Below are positions 29,464 to 40,375 of a stretch of DNA of 64,000 nucleotides, piece after piece. The stretch's first letter is position 1. Every line of letters starts with the position of its first letter. A program made the translations under genes and the position numbers. The DNA is from Arcobacteraceae bacterium (GTDB lineage Bacteria; Campylobacterota; Campylobacteria; Campylobacterales; Arcobacteraceae): contig CBDCZH010000010.1 in assembly GCA_965224485.1 (NCBI GenBank), positions 64,001-128,000 of the forward strand, read 5' to 3'. The notes under the pieces were generated by a model, which did not search any database, was not told where the DNA came from, and saw only the letters and a list, made by a program, of their open reading frames with translations.

Positions 29464-30777
29464 CTATTTTAACTTGTTCTTAAGTTCTTCAAGAGATAAT
29501 TTATCTTGCTCATATTTAACAATAAGAATTTGTTCATTATCATTGATATACCATTCTTCAACAGCATCTTCATCATGTAAAGCTTCAAATTTATCTTTGT
29601 TAACTTCATCTAAAGATATATACAAGATTTGTTTTTTCAAAGGATTCGGAATTGTAAAAATTAAAACTGCCCATAATAAACAAACAACAGCAATTACTAC
29701 TACAATATCATTTAATGAAATACTTTCATAAAAAACACCACCTATAACTCCACCTAAGAATGTACCTAAATAACCAAAAGAGTTAAAAATAGCTAGGGTA
29801 AAACCTCTTTGATGTACTTTTGCAAATTTTGTTGCTAAAGATTGCATAATTGGTTCGTGCATATTAAAACCAATAAAAAATACAACAACTCCAATCGCAA
29901 ACATTGTTGATGTCGTTGCTGTTCCTATTATTAAATAAGAAATTGCGAAAAAGATAACACCAATAATAAGTATTTCTTTAAACTTTCCTTTTTTCTCTGC
30001 AATAATAGCAGCAGGTGCCATTGCTAAAATTCCAAAAACCATGGCTGGTAAATATACTTGCCATAAATCTTTTAAATCCCAAGAAAATGTTTTGATCAAA
30101 ACCATAGGAATAATCATAAATGCAAAAGTCATTAAACCTTTTTGCAAAAAGTTAGTGATATTCATTTTTATTAAATTTGAGTTAAAGAATACATCTTTAA
30201 ACTTTGATTTTCCATTATATGAATGTGTTATTTTTGGTGGGTTTGGTACTTTTTTTATCAAAATATAAATTGATACAATAGCCATAAATGCTGTTGCGTA
30301 AAATAGTGTTGACACACCTAAATATGCACCAATTGTAGGACCTGCCAACATTGATATTGCAAAAGACATACCAATAAATGAACCCATTATTGCCATAGCT
30401 TTAGGTCTTTGCTCTTCTTTTACTAAATCACTTATCATGGCAGTTACAACAGCTGCAATTGCACCAGAACCTTGTAAAAATCGCCCAAGAAGCATAAAAT
30501 AAATATCATCAGAGATAGCACAGACGATTGAACCAATTGCAAATAAGAGAAGACCTGTTATTATTGTGCCTTTTCTTCCTAACTTATCACTCATAAGTCC
30601 AAATGGTATTTGAAAAATCATTTGAGTAAGTGCATATCCACCAATTACTAAACCAACTAATGTAGTAGTTGCTCCTTGTAATTGTATTGCGTAAACAGAT
30701 AGTATTGGTAATACTAAAAACAGACCTAAAAAGCGTAAAGCTATAATAGATGAAAGAGGTAAGATTAATTTAAACAT
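29464..30777 (-). CDS. MFS transporter (YajR-like)
   Basis: RFLGLFLVLP, SDKLGRK, GRFLQGSGA; 12 TM plus small C-terminal domain; ATG at 30777 preferred. Confidence 0.88.
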   Translation of the reverse strand: MFKLILPLSSIIALRFLGLFLVLPILSVYAIQLQGATTTLVGLVIGGYALTQMIFQIPFGLMSDKLGRKGTIITGLLLFAIGSIVCAISDDIYFMLLGRFLQGSGAIAAVVTAMISDLVKEEQRPKAMAIMGSFIGMSFAISMLAGPTIGAYLGVSTLFYATAFMAIVSIYILIKKVPNPPKITHSYNGKSKFKDVFFNSNLIKMNITNFLQKGLMTFAFMIIPMVLIKTFSWDLKDLWQVYLPAMVFGILAMAPAAIIAEKKGKFKEILIIGVIFFAISYLIIGTATTSTMFAIGVVVFFIGFNMHEPIMQSLATKFAKVHQRGFTLAIFNSFGYLGTFLGGVIGGVFYESISLNDIVVVIAVVCLLWAVLIFTIPNPLKKQILYISLDEVNKDKFEALHDEDAVEEWYINDNEQILIVKYEQDKLSLEELKNKLK

Positions 30778-30882
30778 ATTTATTTCCAACTTTTGTTAAA
30801 ATGTTGGGGATTATATAATAAAAGTAGTTAATAAGTATTAAAAATAAAAAGTAATGACAAATAATGACAAAAAAGGTATAAA

Positions 30883-31476
30883 ATGAAAATAGTATTAGCC
30901 TCAAATAATAAGGGTAAAATAACTGAATTTAAGAAATTACTAAAAGGTGTAGATGTTGTAGCTTATTGCGAAATATTAGGCTCTTATGAAGTTATAGAAG
31001 ATGGAAAAACATTTAAGCAAAATGCTATTAAAAAAGCAAAAGAGATTTATGAAAAAATTGCAGATGATGAAATCATTGTTATTTCTGATGATTCTGGAAT
31101 ATCTGTTCCTCTTTTAGGAAATGAACCAGGTATTTATTCCGCAAGATATGCCAAAGTAGGGGCAAGTGATAAGCAAAATAATAAAAAACTTATTGAAAAA
31201 TTAAATGATTTGGGAGTTGAAAGAACAGCTGCTTATTATACTGCTTGTATATGTATAGTTTATAAAAATGAAGTTTTTACTGTACATGGGTGGATGTATG
31301 GTGAAGTTATAAATAAAGAAATTGGTTCTGGTGGTTTTGGATATGATCCTATGTTTATTGAAAAAAATCAAACACAAACTTTGGGTGAATTAGGATATGA
31401 AATCAAAAAAGAATTTTCGCATAGGACAAAAGCTTTAGGACTTGCAAAAAAGATTTTAGACCTTATTCATAAATAG
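30883..31476 (+). CDS. rdgB: Non-canonical purine NTP pyrophosphatase (Ham1/RdgB)
   Basis: [30 protein letters not shown]. Confidence 0.95.
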   Translation: MKIVLASNNKGKITEFKKLLKGVDVVAYCEILGSYEVIEDGKTFKQNAIKKAKEIYEKIADDEIIVISDDSGISVPLLGNEPGIYSARYAKVGASDKQNNKKLIEKLNDLGVERTAAYYTACICIVYKNEVFTVHGWMYGEVINKEIGSGGFGYDPMFIEKNQTQTLGELGYEIKKEFSHRTKALGLAKKILDLIHK

Positions 31477-31658
31477 TAGATTTCTTCTTCTTTAAAACTA
31501 TAATATTTTATTATTCAAAATTAGTTTTAAATAAAAAAGAATATTTATTTGTAGTTATATAAGTAAAACTTATATTATTTTAAATATCATATAAGTTAAT
31601 GTATCTTATACTTTTATAAGTAATAGTAATATAGCTATTCAAAATAAAGGGAAAAGAT

Positions 31659-32087
31659 ATGAAAAAATATTTATTTAGTATAATTTTGTTATTAGCTTTT
31701 TTATCACCAAATATTTTAAGTGCAAAAGACGCTAAAGGTTTAAATGTTGTTTTAACTGCAAAAAATGAACAAACTCAAATGATGGCTATGGTTTTAGCTA
31801 TGAAAACTCTGGAAGCTTCTAAAGAAGTAAGAATGACTCTTTGTGCTAGTGCCGGACATCTAGCCTTAAAAAGTTTTAATAGTACAAAAATGAAGCCTAT
31901 GAATAAATCAGCTAAAATGTTGTTACAAGCTATTATAAAAAAAGGTGCTATTATTAGTATTTGTCCTTTGTTTTTGCCAAATGTAAATAAAAATAAGTTT
32001 GATTTATTAGAAGGAATTAAAGAGGCTAAACCTGCGTTAATTGCAAAACAATTGTTAGATCTTGAATATACAACTTTGAGTTATTAA
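31659..32087 (+). CDS. Exported DsrE-like protein
   Basis: Signal peptide; QTQMMAMVLA, LCASAG, ICPLFLPN. Confidence 0.65.
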   Translation: MKKYLFSIILLLAFLSPNILSAKDAKGLNVVLTAKNEQTQMMAMVLAMKTLEASKEVRMTLCASAGHLALKSFNSTKMKPMNKSAKMLLQAIIKKGAIISICPLFLPNVNKNKFDLLEGIKEAKPALIAKQLLDLEYTTLSY

Positions 32088-32093
32088 AGGTAA

Positions 32094-32125
32094 AAAAGTA
32101 AGAGTTTTTCTTCTCTCTTACTTTT
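32094..32125. terminator. Hairpin between convergent genes
   Basis: AAAAGTAAGAG / CTCTTACTTTT inverted repeat. Confidence 0.65.
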
Positions 32126-32149
32126 ACTTTTAATTTTTAATGGGATGGC

Positions 32150-34694
32150 TTAAAAGCTTTCCCATTCATTATCATTGTTATTTGTAGCAGTTACTACGGA
32201 AGTTTTTGCTTTTTGAATCTTGTTTGAAGCTGTACTTGATGTACTGTTTCTTGAAGTTGTTTTAGAAGAAACTCGTTTTTGAACAAAATCTTCTTTACTC
32301 AAACCTATAGTTTCTCTTCCTTTATTAGTTTTTACACTTCCTTTTCCAATAAAGTTAGCTTCATTCGCTTCATCAACAATTGCTTTTGCCATACTGCTTG
32401 TACTATCTGCAATAGTTGCAGTTTGAGATGCAACGGCTGCATTTTGTTGTGTTCCTTGATCTAAAGTAGTAATTGCATCATTAATTTGCTCAATTCCTGC
32501 TTGTTGCTCTTTAGATGAGCTTGCAATATCATTTATTGTTTCTGTTGTTTTTATAATATTTTCATTTAAAATATCATAACCAGCAATCATATCATCAGCA
32601 CTTTTTTTACCAAGGTTTGTTTTCGTTGTTGCTGTTTCTACCAAGTCTTTAATCTCTTTAGCAGCTTCAGCACTTCTACTTGCAAGATTTCTTACTTCTT
32701 GCGCAACTACTGCAAATCCTTTTCCAGCTTCTCCAGCAGTTGCTGCTTCAACAGCTGCATTAAGTGAAAGAATATTTGTTTGGAAGGCAATTTGATCAAT
32801 TACGGTAATTGCATCTGCAATTGATTGTGTTTGTGCATTAATTTCATTCATAGAATTAACAGTAGATAAGGCAAGTTTTTGTCCTTTTTCAATTGATTGT
32901 TTTAATTCATTAGAATAATTAGCCATATTTGCAATATTATCTGTTGTATTTATAATAGTACTAGTAATTTCTTCTAAGGCTGCTGCTGTTTCTTCTAAAG
33001 AGGCAGCTTGCGCATTTGAACTTTTACTTAAACTTGTAACATTAGCAGATAAGCTTCCTGCATTTTCTTCTAATGTTGTACCATTTCTTAAATTATCAAG
33101 TAAAAGTTTATTTATGATTGTAGCTAAGTCATTTAAGCCTTTTGATACTCTACCAGTTGGATTTTCAACTTTATGAGTAAAATCAAGTTTAGTAAATTCA
33201 TCAAGCACTTTTGTGATTTTATTAATGTCAGCATCAACATTAGCTTCAATGTTTTCTAACATTTCATTAAAAATAACTTTTAGTTCTTGTAAAGCATCAT
33301 TTTGTGTTGATTTCTCTACTTTATATTTTAAATGACCTTCTTTAACTTTTTCAACCACTCTTTTTACATCATTGATTAATGCTTCATCTTGCTCTATTAG
33401 TGATTTTGTTTTAACAACGTTTTCATTAATAATCTTAGCCATAACACCAATTTCATCATTAGAACTATCATCAAGAGCTTGAATATCTTTATTTTCTTTA
33501 TTAATATATTTAAAAAAAGTTCAATAAACCATCTTGAAAAGTCATAAGAGGTTTAAATATAACTTTATTTGAAATAAATGCCATAACAAATGCAAGAATA
33601 ATCATAATAATAAAAATTATAATTATATTTGTTATTATTGTATCTTTAATATCCTTTTGAGTCTGTTCTTGCATAGCAAGAACTCTTTTTGTAATATCAT
33701 CAACATAAGCACCAGTACCAACTATCCAACCCCACTGCTTGAACTCTTTTACATAAGAAAATTTATTTCTTTTAAGGTCACTTTTTGAATCTTTCCACGT
33801 ATATTTAACTAAACCACCATCTTTTGAATTTTGGCTTACTTTTACCATTTCAACAAAATATGTTTTTCCATTAGCATCTGTAGTATTTTTTAAACTTTTA
33901 CCAATCAAGGCAGTTTTGTAAGGATGCATAAGCATAGTAGGTTCACTATTGTTAACCCAATAATAACCATCTTTTCCATACTTCATATTTGAAATTGCTT
34001 CTAGGGCTTCTTTTTGAAGTTTAGCTGTTACATTTTCAACATATTCTCCAGTTCCAATAACCCAATTATATGGTTTAAATAATTTGACAAAAGAGATTTT
34101 TGGATGAATTCCTGAGACATTTGGTTTGCTCCATAAATAATCAACTAAACCTTCGCCTTGTCTTTTAGCTACTTGTGCAAACTCATAAAATAGTTTTTTT
34201 CCAGCTTTATCTTCTAAGTTTGATAAATCTTTTCCATCTAAACTTGGTTTTAAAGGATGCATAATCATTTTTGCATTAGTATCATTTATCCAAAAATAAC
34301 CAGAATTTCCATATCTTGTATTTTTAACTATACTTTTTAATAATTCTTGTAATTCGTCATCTGGCATAATTCCATTATACTTATCATACTCACCTTGTAT
34401 AATTGAAAATATAAAACCAGTTTGTTCTTTTAACTTTGACTCTACTTCGTGTTTAACTTTCTCTTTTGACGTTCTGTCATAATAAGATTCTATAGTTTTC
34501 ATTGCAAGAGAGATATAATTCTTCAATTCTACTTCTTTTGTATGATAAGCATCATCTTCAAACTGTTTAATTATAATCTCAGATGTTGATTTCAATGAAA
34601 AAACAGATTGTGTTAGCATTACTACTGATACAACCATGATAGAACTTATTACAATAGTAAGAAGTTTGGCTTTTATAGAAATTGATTTAAACAT
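32150..34694 (-). pseudogene. Tandem Cache-domain methyl-accepting chemotaxis protein, split by +1 frameshift (or sequencing error)
   Basis: ORF 33510-34694 (TM, two YFWIND/MHP Cache units, TM) joins ORF 32150-33442 (MCP signal domain, WESF tail) if one base is removed from the A7 at 33512-33518: ...[33 protein letters not shown]... Confidence 0.85.
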
Positions 34695-34823
34695 TTCATT
34701 CTCCTGTGAATTTTTTTTGTATTTAATCATATTTGTCATAAAAGTAAAATAAAGAGTTACTAAAATAAGAAATATATTAAAATATTGATATTAGATTAAA
34801 ACATTAATAAAATAAGAAAATAA

Positions 34824-35192
34824 TTAATTATTTAATCTAGTTGAATTGTTTAAAAGAAAACTCTTATGTAAGGAGATACTATTTTTTTCATTCTTAGAGC
34901 TTACAAACAGATGAACTTGGGCTATTTTGTACTTATTACAGTTATATTCTAAGTTTGCAGTAATGAAAAAATTATCATCATATATTTCTATGTTCTTATA
35001 ACAAATACTTTCTAGTTTCAAACTTCTTATGTAAGAATCTAAAAAAGAAAGATGTAAGTTAGCTTGATTATAAAGATAATTGTTTTGATTGTTAAATGTA
35101 CCTATTGCTTTTGTTTGAAAGATAAAACTTAAATTATACATAAAAATAAAGATTAAAAAGAAAGTAAGAAGTAGGGCATAGGCTTTTTTCAT
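34824..35192 (-). CDS. Pilin-like protein (PilX/GspK-like, no Glu5)
   Basis: MKKAYALLLTFF hydrophobic N-terminus; last of three overlapping prepilin-like genes. Confidence 0.55.
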   Translation of the reverse strand: MKKAYALLLTFFLIFIFMYNLSFIFQTKAIGTFNNQNNYLYNQANLHLSFLDSYIRSLKLESICYKNIEIYDDNFFITANLEYNCNKYKIAQVHLFVSSKNEKNSISLHKSFLLNNSTRLNN

Positions 35193-35569
35193 AAGCAGAA
35201 AACTAATTTTTGGCAAATTTTTTCTAAGCAAATATCTATTTTTAATGTAGCGTTTTTTTTAATAATAAACGAATTTACATTCTGCAAAAGAATTGTTTTA
35301 TTAAAATAAAGGGTTCTTTCTTCTAGATATATTTGATTTTTATCTAAAAGTATTTTATTATTTGAAATATTTATTTGCTTTGAATATTCTATTTTTTTTA
35401 TAATATAAATATTAAAACTTAATATATCAATTTTTTCTAACTCTTTAAGCAAATTATTTTTATTAAGTTCAAGGTTTTTATTAAAAAATATTATCAAAAA
35501 AGTCATAAGTATTGACATTATAGTAATTGATACAATTAGCTCAAGTAAAGAAAATGCTTTAATTTTCAT
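35189..35569 (-). CDS. Prepilin-type N-terminal cleavage/methylation protein
   Basis: KA|FSLLELIV class III signal. Confidence 0.8.
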   Translation of the reverse strand: MKIKAFSLLELIVSITIMSILMTFLIIFFNKNLELNKNNLLKELEKIDILSFNIYIIKKIEYSKQINISNNKILLDKNQIYLEERTLYFNKTILLQNVNSFIIKKNATLKIDICLEKICQKLVFCL

Positions 35570-35864
35570 ATTTGTACAACTTAATATTTTTATTTTTATA
35601 TTCTATTTTTTTTACATATAAATTTTTTTTTAAGGATTTGTTAATCTCTAAAGAGAGTGTTTTAGTTTTTTTTGTAAAATTTGTTTTGTAGTTTTTTTCA
35701 TTAAAGTCATTGTTGGCTTTTATAATTTGTTTAAATCTTATATCTGGGATATTAGTATAAGTTAGTTTTAAAAAAGAGCTTACAACTATACTTAGTATTA
35801 AAACACTAAGTATAGTTTCAAGTAGTATAAAACTACTCTTTTGATAAATCAACTGCTTTGGCAT
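35559..35864 (-). CDS. Prepilin-like protein
   Basis: KSS|FILLETIL class III-like signal; overlaps the proC stop; start uncertain. Confidence 0.65.
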   Translation of the reverse strand: MPKQLIYQKSSFILLETILSVLILSIVVSSFLKLTYTNIPDIRFKQIIKANNDFNEKNYKTNFTKKTKTLSLEINKSLKKNLYVKKIEYKNKNIKLYKYEN

Positions 35865-36597
35865 GAGCTTTTTCTATTGCTTTAATAAAAGCAGATCTTG
35901 TTCCAGCTTCTTCTAAAACTGCATAACCTTGTGCTGTTGTTCCACCTGGACTCATAACAGCATCTTTTATTTGTGAAGCTGTATTATTTTGCAATAAAGA
36001 AGCAGTACTTTCAAATAAACCTTGAACTAAAACAGAACTATGATGTCTTTCTAATCCAGCTTTTACTGCACCATCACATAGAGCTTCAGCAACCAGAGCT
36101 AAAAAAGCAGGCCCACTCCCAGCAACAGCTGTTGCAATATCAAGTTGTTTTTCTGTATTAACCCAAATTGTTTTACCTAAAGCATTAAATAACTCAAGCG
36201 CTAAAGTTTTAGCTTCTTTATCTCCTGTAATTGTAGTCATAGACTTTTGGTTAGAAGCGGCTATATTTGGCATTGTTCTTACATAATGTGTTGCTTTAAT
36301 ATTTTTCTTAAGTGTTTCAAGATTAGTTCCTGCTAAAATTGATAAAAAGACCTTAGCTGTACCTATAAGTCTAACTGCAACACTTTGTAAAGCATAAGGT
36401 TTTACACAAAAGATAATTATTTTATCACTTATATCTTCTTTATCCGACATAACCTTAATACTTACATCAGGTAATTCTTCTTTTAGCTTTTTTAAGCTGC
36501 TCTCATCTCTTCCTATTACTTCAATATCATAAGTTTTACTTAAACCTTTAGCTAAAGATTTAGCCATCATTCCATTCCCAATTAAAGTCAACTTCAT
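35833..36597 (-). CDS. proC: Pyrroline-5-carboxylate reductase
   Basis: IGNGMMA, CVKP, RTMPN, GSGPAF, VMSPGGTT. Confidence 0.96.
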   Translation of the reverse strand: MKLTLIGNGMMAKSLAKGLSKTYDIEVIGRDESSLKKLKEELPDVSIKVMSDKEDISDKIIIFCVKPYALQSVAVRLIGTAKVFLSILAGTNLETLKKNIKATHYVRTMPNIAASNQKSMTTITGDKEAKTLALELFNALGKTIWVNTEKQLDIATAVAGSGPAFLALVAEALCDGAVKAGLERHHSSVLVQGLFESTASLLQNNTASQIKDAVMSPGGTTAQGYAVLEEAGTRSAFIKAIEKAHAKAVDLSKE

Positions 36598-36706
36598 TTT
36601 TATAGCCTTTTTATTTATATGAAATATTTTGTATTAACAGATTATAGCAAATAATTCCTAAGCTAGTATTAGATAATATGTTATCTTTAATTATTAAGGA
36701 CTAAAT

Positions 36707-37366
36707 ATGAAAAAAACTATTAGAAATATAGTTAATATGTTGCTGCTTTCGGGTTTTGCATTATTTATTATCTCTTGTTCTTCTAAACAAGAGAATCAAG
36801 AGTATAATCAGCCAGCACTTTACTGGTACAATAAGATGATTAAACAAGTTTCAAATGGTTATATTGATCAAGCAGATGATACTTTTTTATCTCTTCAAAG
36901 TGAGCATAAAAACTCTCCTTTATTAGCAACTTCAATGCAAATAATGGCTAAAGCTCATATAAATGAAGAAGAGTATGAGTTGGCAAATTATTATTTAGAT
37001 GAATATACTAAAAAATTTGCTTTAAGTAAAAATATTGATTACATAAGATATCTAAAAATTAAAGCTAACTTTTTGTCTTTTCAATACCAAAATAGAGAAC
37101 AAGAGTTAATTATTTCAACAATTAAAGATATTAATGAATTTACTAAAAGATATCCAAATTCTGCATATCTAGCTTTAGTTGATACAATTAACGGACGTTT
37201 ATCAATGTCCAAAGCTTTATTAGATCAAGAAATCTCTTCTTTATATGAAAGAATTGATAAACCAAAAGCGGCAGAATTTTATATGAAAAAAGTAAAAGAG
37301 AATTGGGTAGAACCAAAAGAAATACAAAAAGTTTCTGTACCTTGGTATAGAAGTATTTTTGAATAA
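36707..37366 (+). CDS. bamD: Outer membrane protein assembly factor BamD
   Basis: Lipobox ISC, TPR-like repeats, RYPNS, YERIDKPKAA; upstream of lon. Confidence 0.88.
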   Translation: MKKTIRNIVNMLLLSGFALFIISCSSKQENQEYNQPALYWYNKMIKQVSNGYIDQADDTFLSLQSEHKNSPLLATSMQIMAKAHINEEEYELANYYLDEYTKKFALSKNIDYIRYLKIKANFLSFQYQNREQELIISTIKDINEFTKRYPNSAYLALVDTINGRLSMSKALLDQEISSLYERIDKPKAAEFYMKKVKENWVEPKEIQKVSVPWYRSIFE

Positions 37367-37383
37367 ACAAGGAGTTTAGCTCA

Positions 37384-39804
37384 ATGGAATTAACTAATTA
37401 TGATGCTTTTCCACAAGATATACCATTAATCGTTGAAGATGAAATATTCTTATACCCATTTATGATTGCACCGCTTTTTTTAAGTGATGAAACAAATATT
37501 AAAGCAGTAGAAGATGCAATAAATAATAATAAATTAGTAATTGTAGCTGTTAGTAAGATGGGTAAAGAAGGTGAAAAAAGAGATAGTGAAAACTTTTATG
37601 ATGTAGGTGTAATTGGAAATATTATGCGAAAAGTTTCTTTACCTGATGGTAAGATAAAAGTTCTTTTTCAAGGTTTAGCAAAGGGTAAAATTTCAAAACT
37701 AATAAATGATAATCCTGTATATGCAAATGTTGAAATTTTAGAAGCTAAAAAATATGATGAAGAAACTATTAAATCAATTATAAATGTTCTAAGAGATCAT
37801 GTTAAAAAATTATCAAAAATAAATTCAAAGTTTCCAGTTGATTTAATTAAAACAATTGATGAAAACAATGATGCTGTTAGAATTTCTGATTTAATATCTT
37901 CTGTTTTAAGAGTTGAAAAAGATGAAGCGTATAAACTTTTTGCCCAAGAAGATATAGAACAAAGATTATATAACTTAATTGAAACTATTAAAAAAGAGAT
38001 TGAAAGCTTTAAAATTCAAAAAGAAATTACTCAAAAAGTAAATTCGAAAATTGAAAAAACTCATAAAGATTATTTTTTAAAAGAGCAAATAAAAGCTTTA
38101 CAAAAAGAACTTGGAACTGATAATAAAAAAGAAGAAGAGATTAAGTCTTATAAAAAGAAACTTAAGAAACTAAAAGCCTATATGCCTAAAGATGGTTATA
38201 AAGAGACTAAAAAACAAATTGAGAAGTTCTCACGAATGCATCAAGATTCTCCAGATGCTTCTTTATTACAAACGTATATAGAACAAGTTTTAGATGTTCC
38301 TTTTGGTAAATTTTGTGATGATAAAATTTCAATAATTAATGTTGAAGAGCAGCTAAATAAAGACCATTATTCTTTATGCAAAGCAAAAGAGAGAATAGTT
38401 GAATATTTTGCAGTTAAAGAATTATTAGAAAAAAGAGATATTAAATCTTTTAAAGCAAAAGGAACTGTTTTATGTTTTGTAGGACCTCCTGGTGTTGGTA
38501 AAACTTCACTTGCTAACTCTATTGCTAAAGCTTTAAAGAGAGAACTAGTTCGTATTGCTTTGGGTGGAATGGAAGATGTAAATGAGTTAAGAGGACATAG
38601 AAGAACTTATGTAGGAGCAATGCCTGGAAGATTAGTAAATGGTCTAATTGATGCAAAATCTATGAATCCTGTTATTGTTTTAGATGAAATTGATAAAGTA
38701 GGCTCAAATCATAGAGGTGATCCAAGCGCAGTAATGTTAGAGATTTTAGATCCAGAGCAAAATAATGAATTTAGAGATTTATATTTAAACTTTGCTATTG
38801 ATTTATCGCAAGTTATTTTTGTAGCAACTGCAAATGATGCTAGAAGAATACCACCAGCTCTAAAAGATAGAATGGAGTTTATTGAAATATCTTCTTATAC
38901 TCCAAATGAAAAGTATCATATTGCACATGATTATTTAATACCTCAAGAGTTAGAAAAACATGGTTTAAAAAAATCAGAAGTATCTTTATCAAAAGCTACT
39001 GTTGAAGCAATTATCTCTAAGTATACAAGAGAAGCTGGAGTGCGAAATTTAAGAAGAGTATTCTCTAAATTATTTAGAAAATCTGTTAAAAAAATTGTAA
39101 GTGATCCAAGCTTAGAAAAAGTTTCTATAAGTACAAAAAACTTAAAACAATACTTAGATAATCCAATTTTTGAAATAGATCCAGCTGATAAGAAAAACTC
39201 AATAGGAATTGCTAATGGTTTAGCTTGGACTGCTGTTGGTGGAGATGTTTTAAAAATTGAAGCTATTAAAATCAAGGGTAAGGGAAATTTAAGTGTAACT
39301 GGTAACTTAGGTGATGTAATGAAAGAATCATCAAGGTTATCTTTTTCAGTTATAAAAGTACTAATAGATAATAAAAAATTAAAAATCGATGAAAAATCTA
39401 TTCCTTTAAGTATAAAAGAAAAAGATGAAAAAGTTAAGTTAGAAGCTAGTGAAATATATAAAAGATTTGACATTCACTTGCATATTCCAGAAGGTGCAAC
39501 TCCTAAAGATGGACCTAGTGCTGGTATTACTATGGCTTTAACTATTGCTTCTATTTTATCAAATAGAGAAATTATTTCTGATATGGCAATGACAGGTGAG
39601 TTGACGTTAACTGGTAAAGTATTGCCAATTGGTGGATTAAAAGAGAAGTTAATAGCTGCTTATAAAGCTAAAATGACAAAAGTTTTAGTTCCAAGAAAAA
39701 ATTATGAACGTGATTTAGAAGATATCCCTTATGAAGTTAAAAAAGCATTAGAGTTTGTAGCTGTTGATACAATTGATGATGTTATAAAAGAAGCTTTGGT
39801 ATAA
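37384..39804 (+). CDS. lon: Lon protease
   Basis: GPPGVGKTS, GHRRTYVGAMPG, PKDGPSAG, IGGLKEK. Confidence 0.98.
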   Translation: MELTNYDAFPQDIPLIVEDEIFLYPFMIAPLFLSDETNIKAVEDAINNNKLVIVAVSKMGKEGEKRDSENFYDVGVIGNIMRKVSLPDGKIKVLFQGLAKGKISKLINDNPVYANVEILEAKKYDEETIKSIINVLRDHVKKLSKINSKFPVDLIKTIDENNDAVRISDLISSVLRVEKDEAYKLFAQEDIEQRLYNLIETIKKEIESFKIQKEITQKVNSKIEKTHKDYFLKEQIKALQKELGTDNKKEEEIKSYKKKLKKLKAYMPKDGYKETKKQIEKFSRMHQDSPDASLLQTYIEQVLDVPFGKFCDDKISIINVEEQLNKDHYSLCKAKERIVEYFAVKELLEKRDIKSFKAKGTVLCFVGPPGVGKTSLANSIAKALKRELVRIALGGMEDVNELRGHRRTYVGAMPGRLVNGLIDAKSMNPVIVLDEIDKVGSNHRGDPSAVMLEILDPEQNNEFRDLYLNFAIDLSQVIFVATANDARRIPPALKDRMEFIEISSYTPNEKYHIAHDYLIPQELEKHGLKKSEVSLSKATVEAIISKYTREAGVRNLRRVFSKLFRKSVKKIVSDPSLEKVSISTKNLKQYLDNPIFEIDPADKKNSIGIANGLAWTAVGGDVLKIEAIKIKGKGNLSVTGNLGDVMKESSRLSFSVIKVLIDNKKLKIDEKSIPLSIKEKDEKVKLEASEIYKRFDIHLHIPEGATPKDGPSAGITMALTIASILSNREIISDMAMTGELTLTGKVLPIGGLKEKLIAAYKAKMTKVLVPRKNYERDLEDIPYEVKKALEFVAVDTIDDVIKEALV

Positions 39805-39805
39805 A

Positions 39806-40375
39806 ATGCGCTCACAAAGACGACAAAGTCAAGTAATTAACAATTTCTTTACTTTTGTCACTATTGTTATGATTTCCATTGTATTAGTTTTATACATAAA
39901 ATATGGACCAAAAGAAAAAAGAGTTAATTCAAAACTTAGCTGTCAAGAACTTACACAAACAAGTGATAAAATTTTTGATGAAGAACTTTTAAAAAAAGCA
40001 TATCTTCTTTTACAAAAAGGAAATTATGAAATTAATGGAGGTTTTATAAAACCTAAATTTGGAAAGTTCTTTTTAAAAGATGAAATTTCACTTCTTCAAG
40101 CAGATGAAAAATTTGTAAATAGTATAAATATTAAACAAAAAAATAGTGAAATATTTTTAAATATAAAATATGAAATTATAGAAAATGATAAAAATGATCC
40201 TCGAAAGAAAGATGAATATTGTAAGCTTCATGCAGGAAGTTTACAAACATCTTTTAGAATTCAAGGAAAAGAAGCTTTTAGAGTTTATACTGACTTTTTA
40301 ACTTATGATAAAAAAGAGATAGAAGAAAAAATATCTTGTAGTATAAAAGCCTTTAAATACAATGGAAAGAACTAA
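39806..40375 (+). CDS. Hypothetical membrane-anchored protein
   Basis: Single N-terminal TM; coupled to lon and rhomboid. Confidence 0.7.
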   Translation: MRSQRRQSQVINNFFTFVTIVMISIVLVLYIKYGPKEKRVNSKLSCQELTQTSDKIFDEELLKKAYLLLQKGNYEINGGFIKPKFGKFFLKDEISLLQADEKFVNSINIKQKNSEIFLNIKYEIIENDKNDPRKKDEYCKLHAGSLQTSFRIQGKEAFRVYTDFLTYDKKEIEEKISCSIKAFKYNGKN

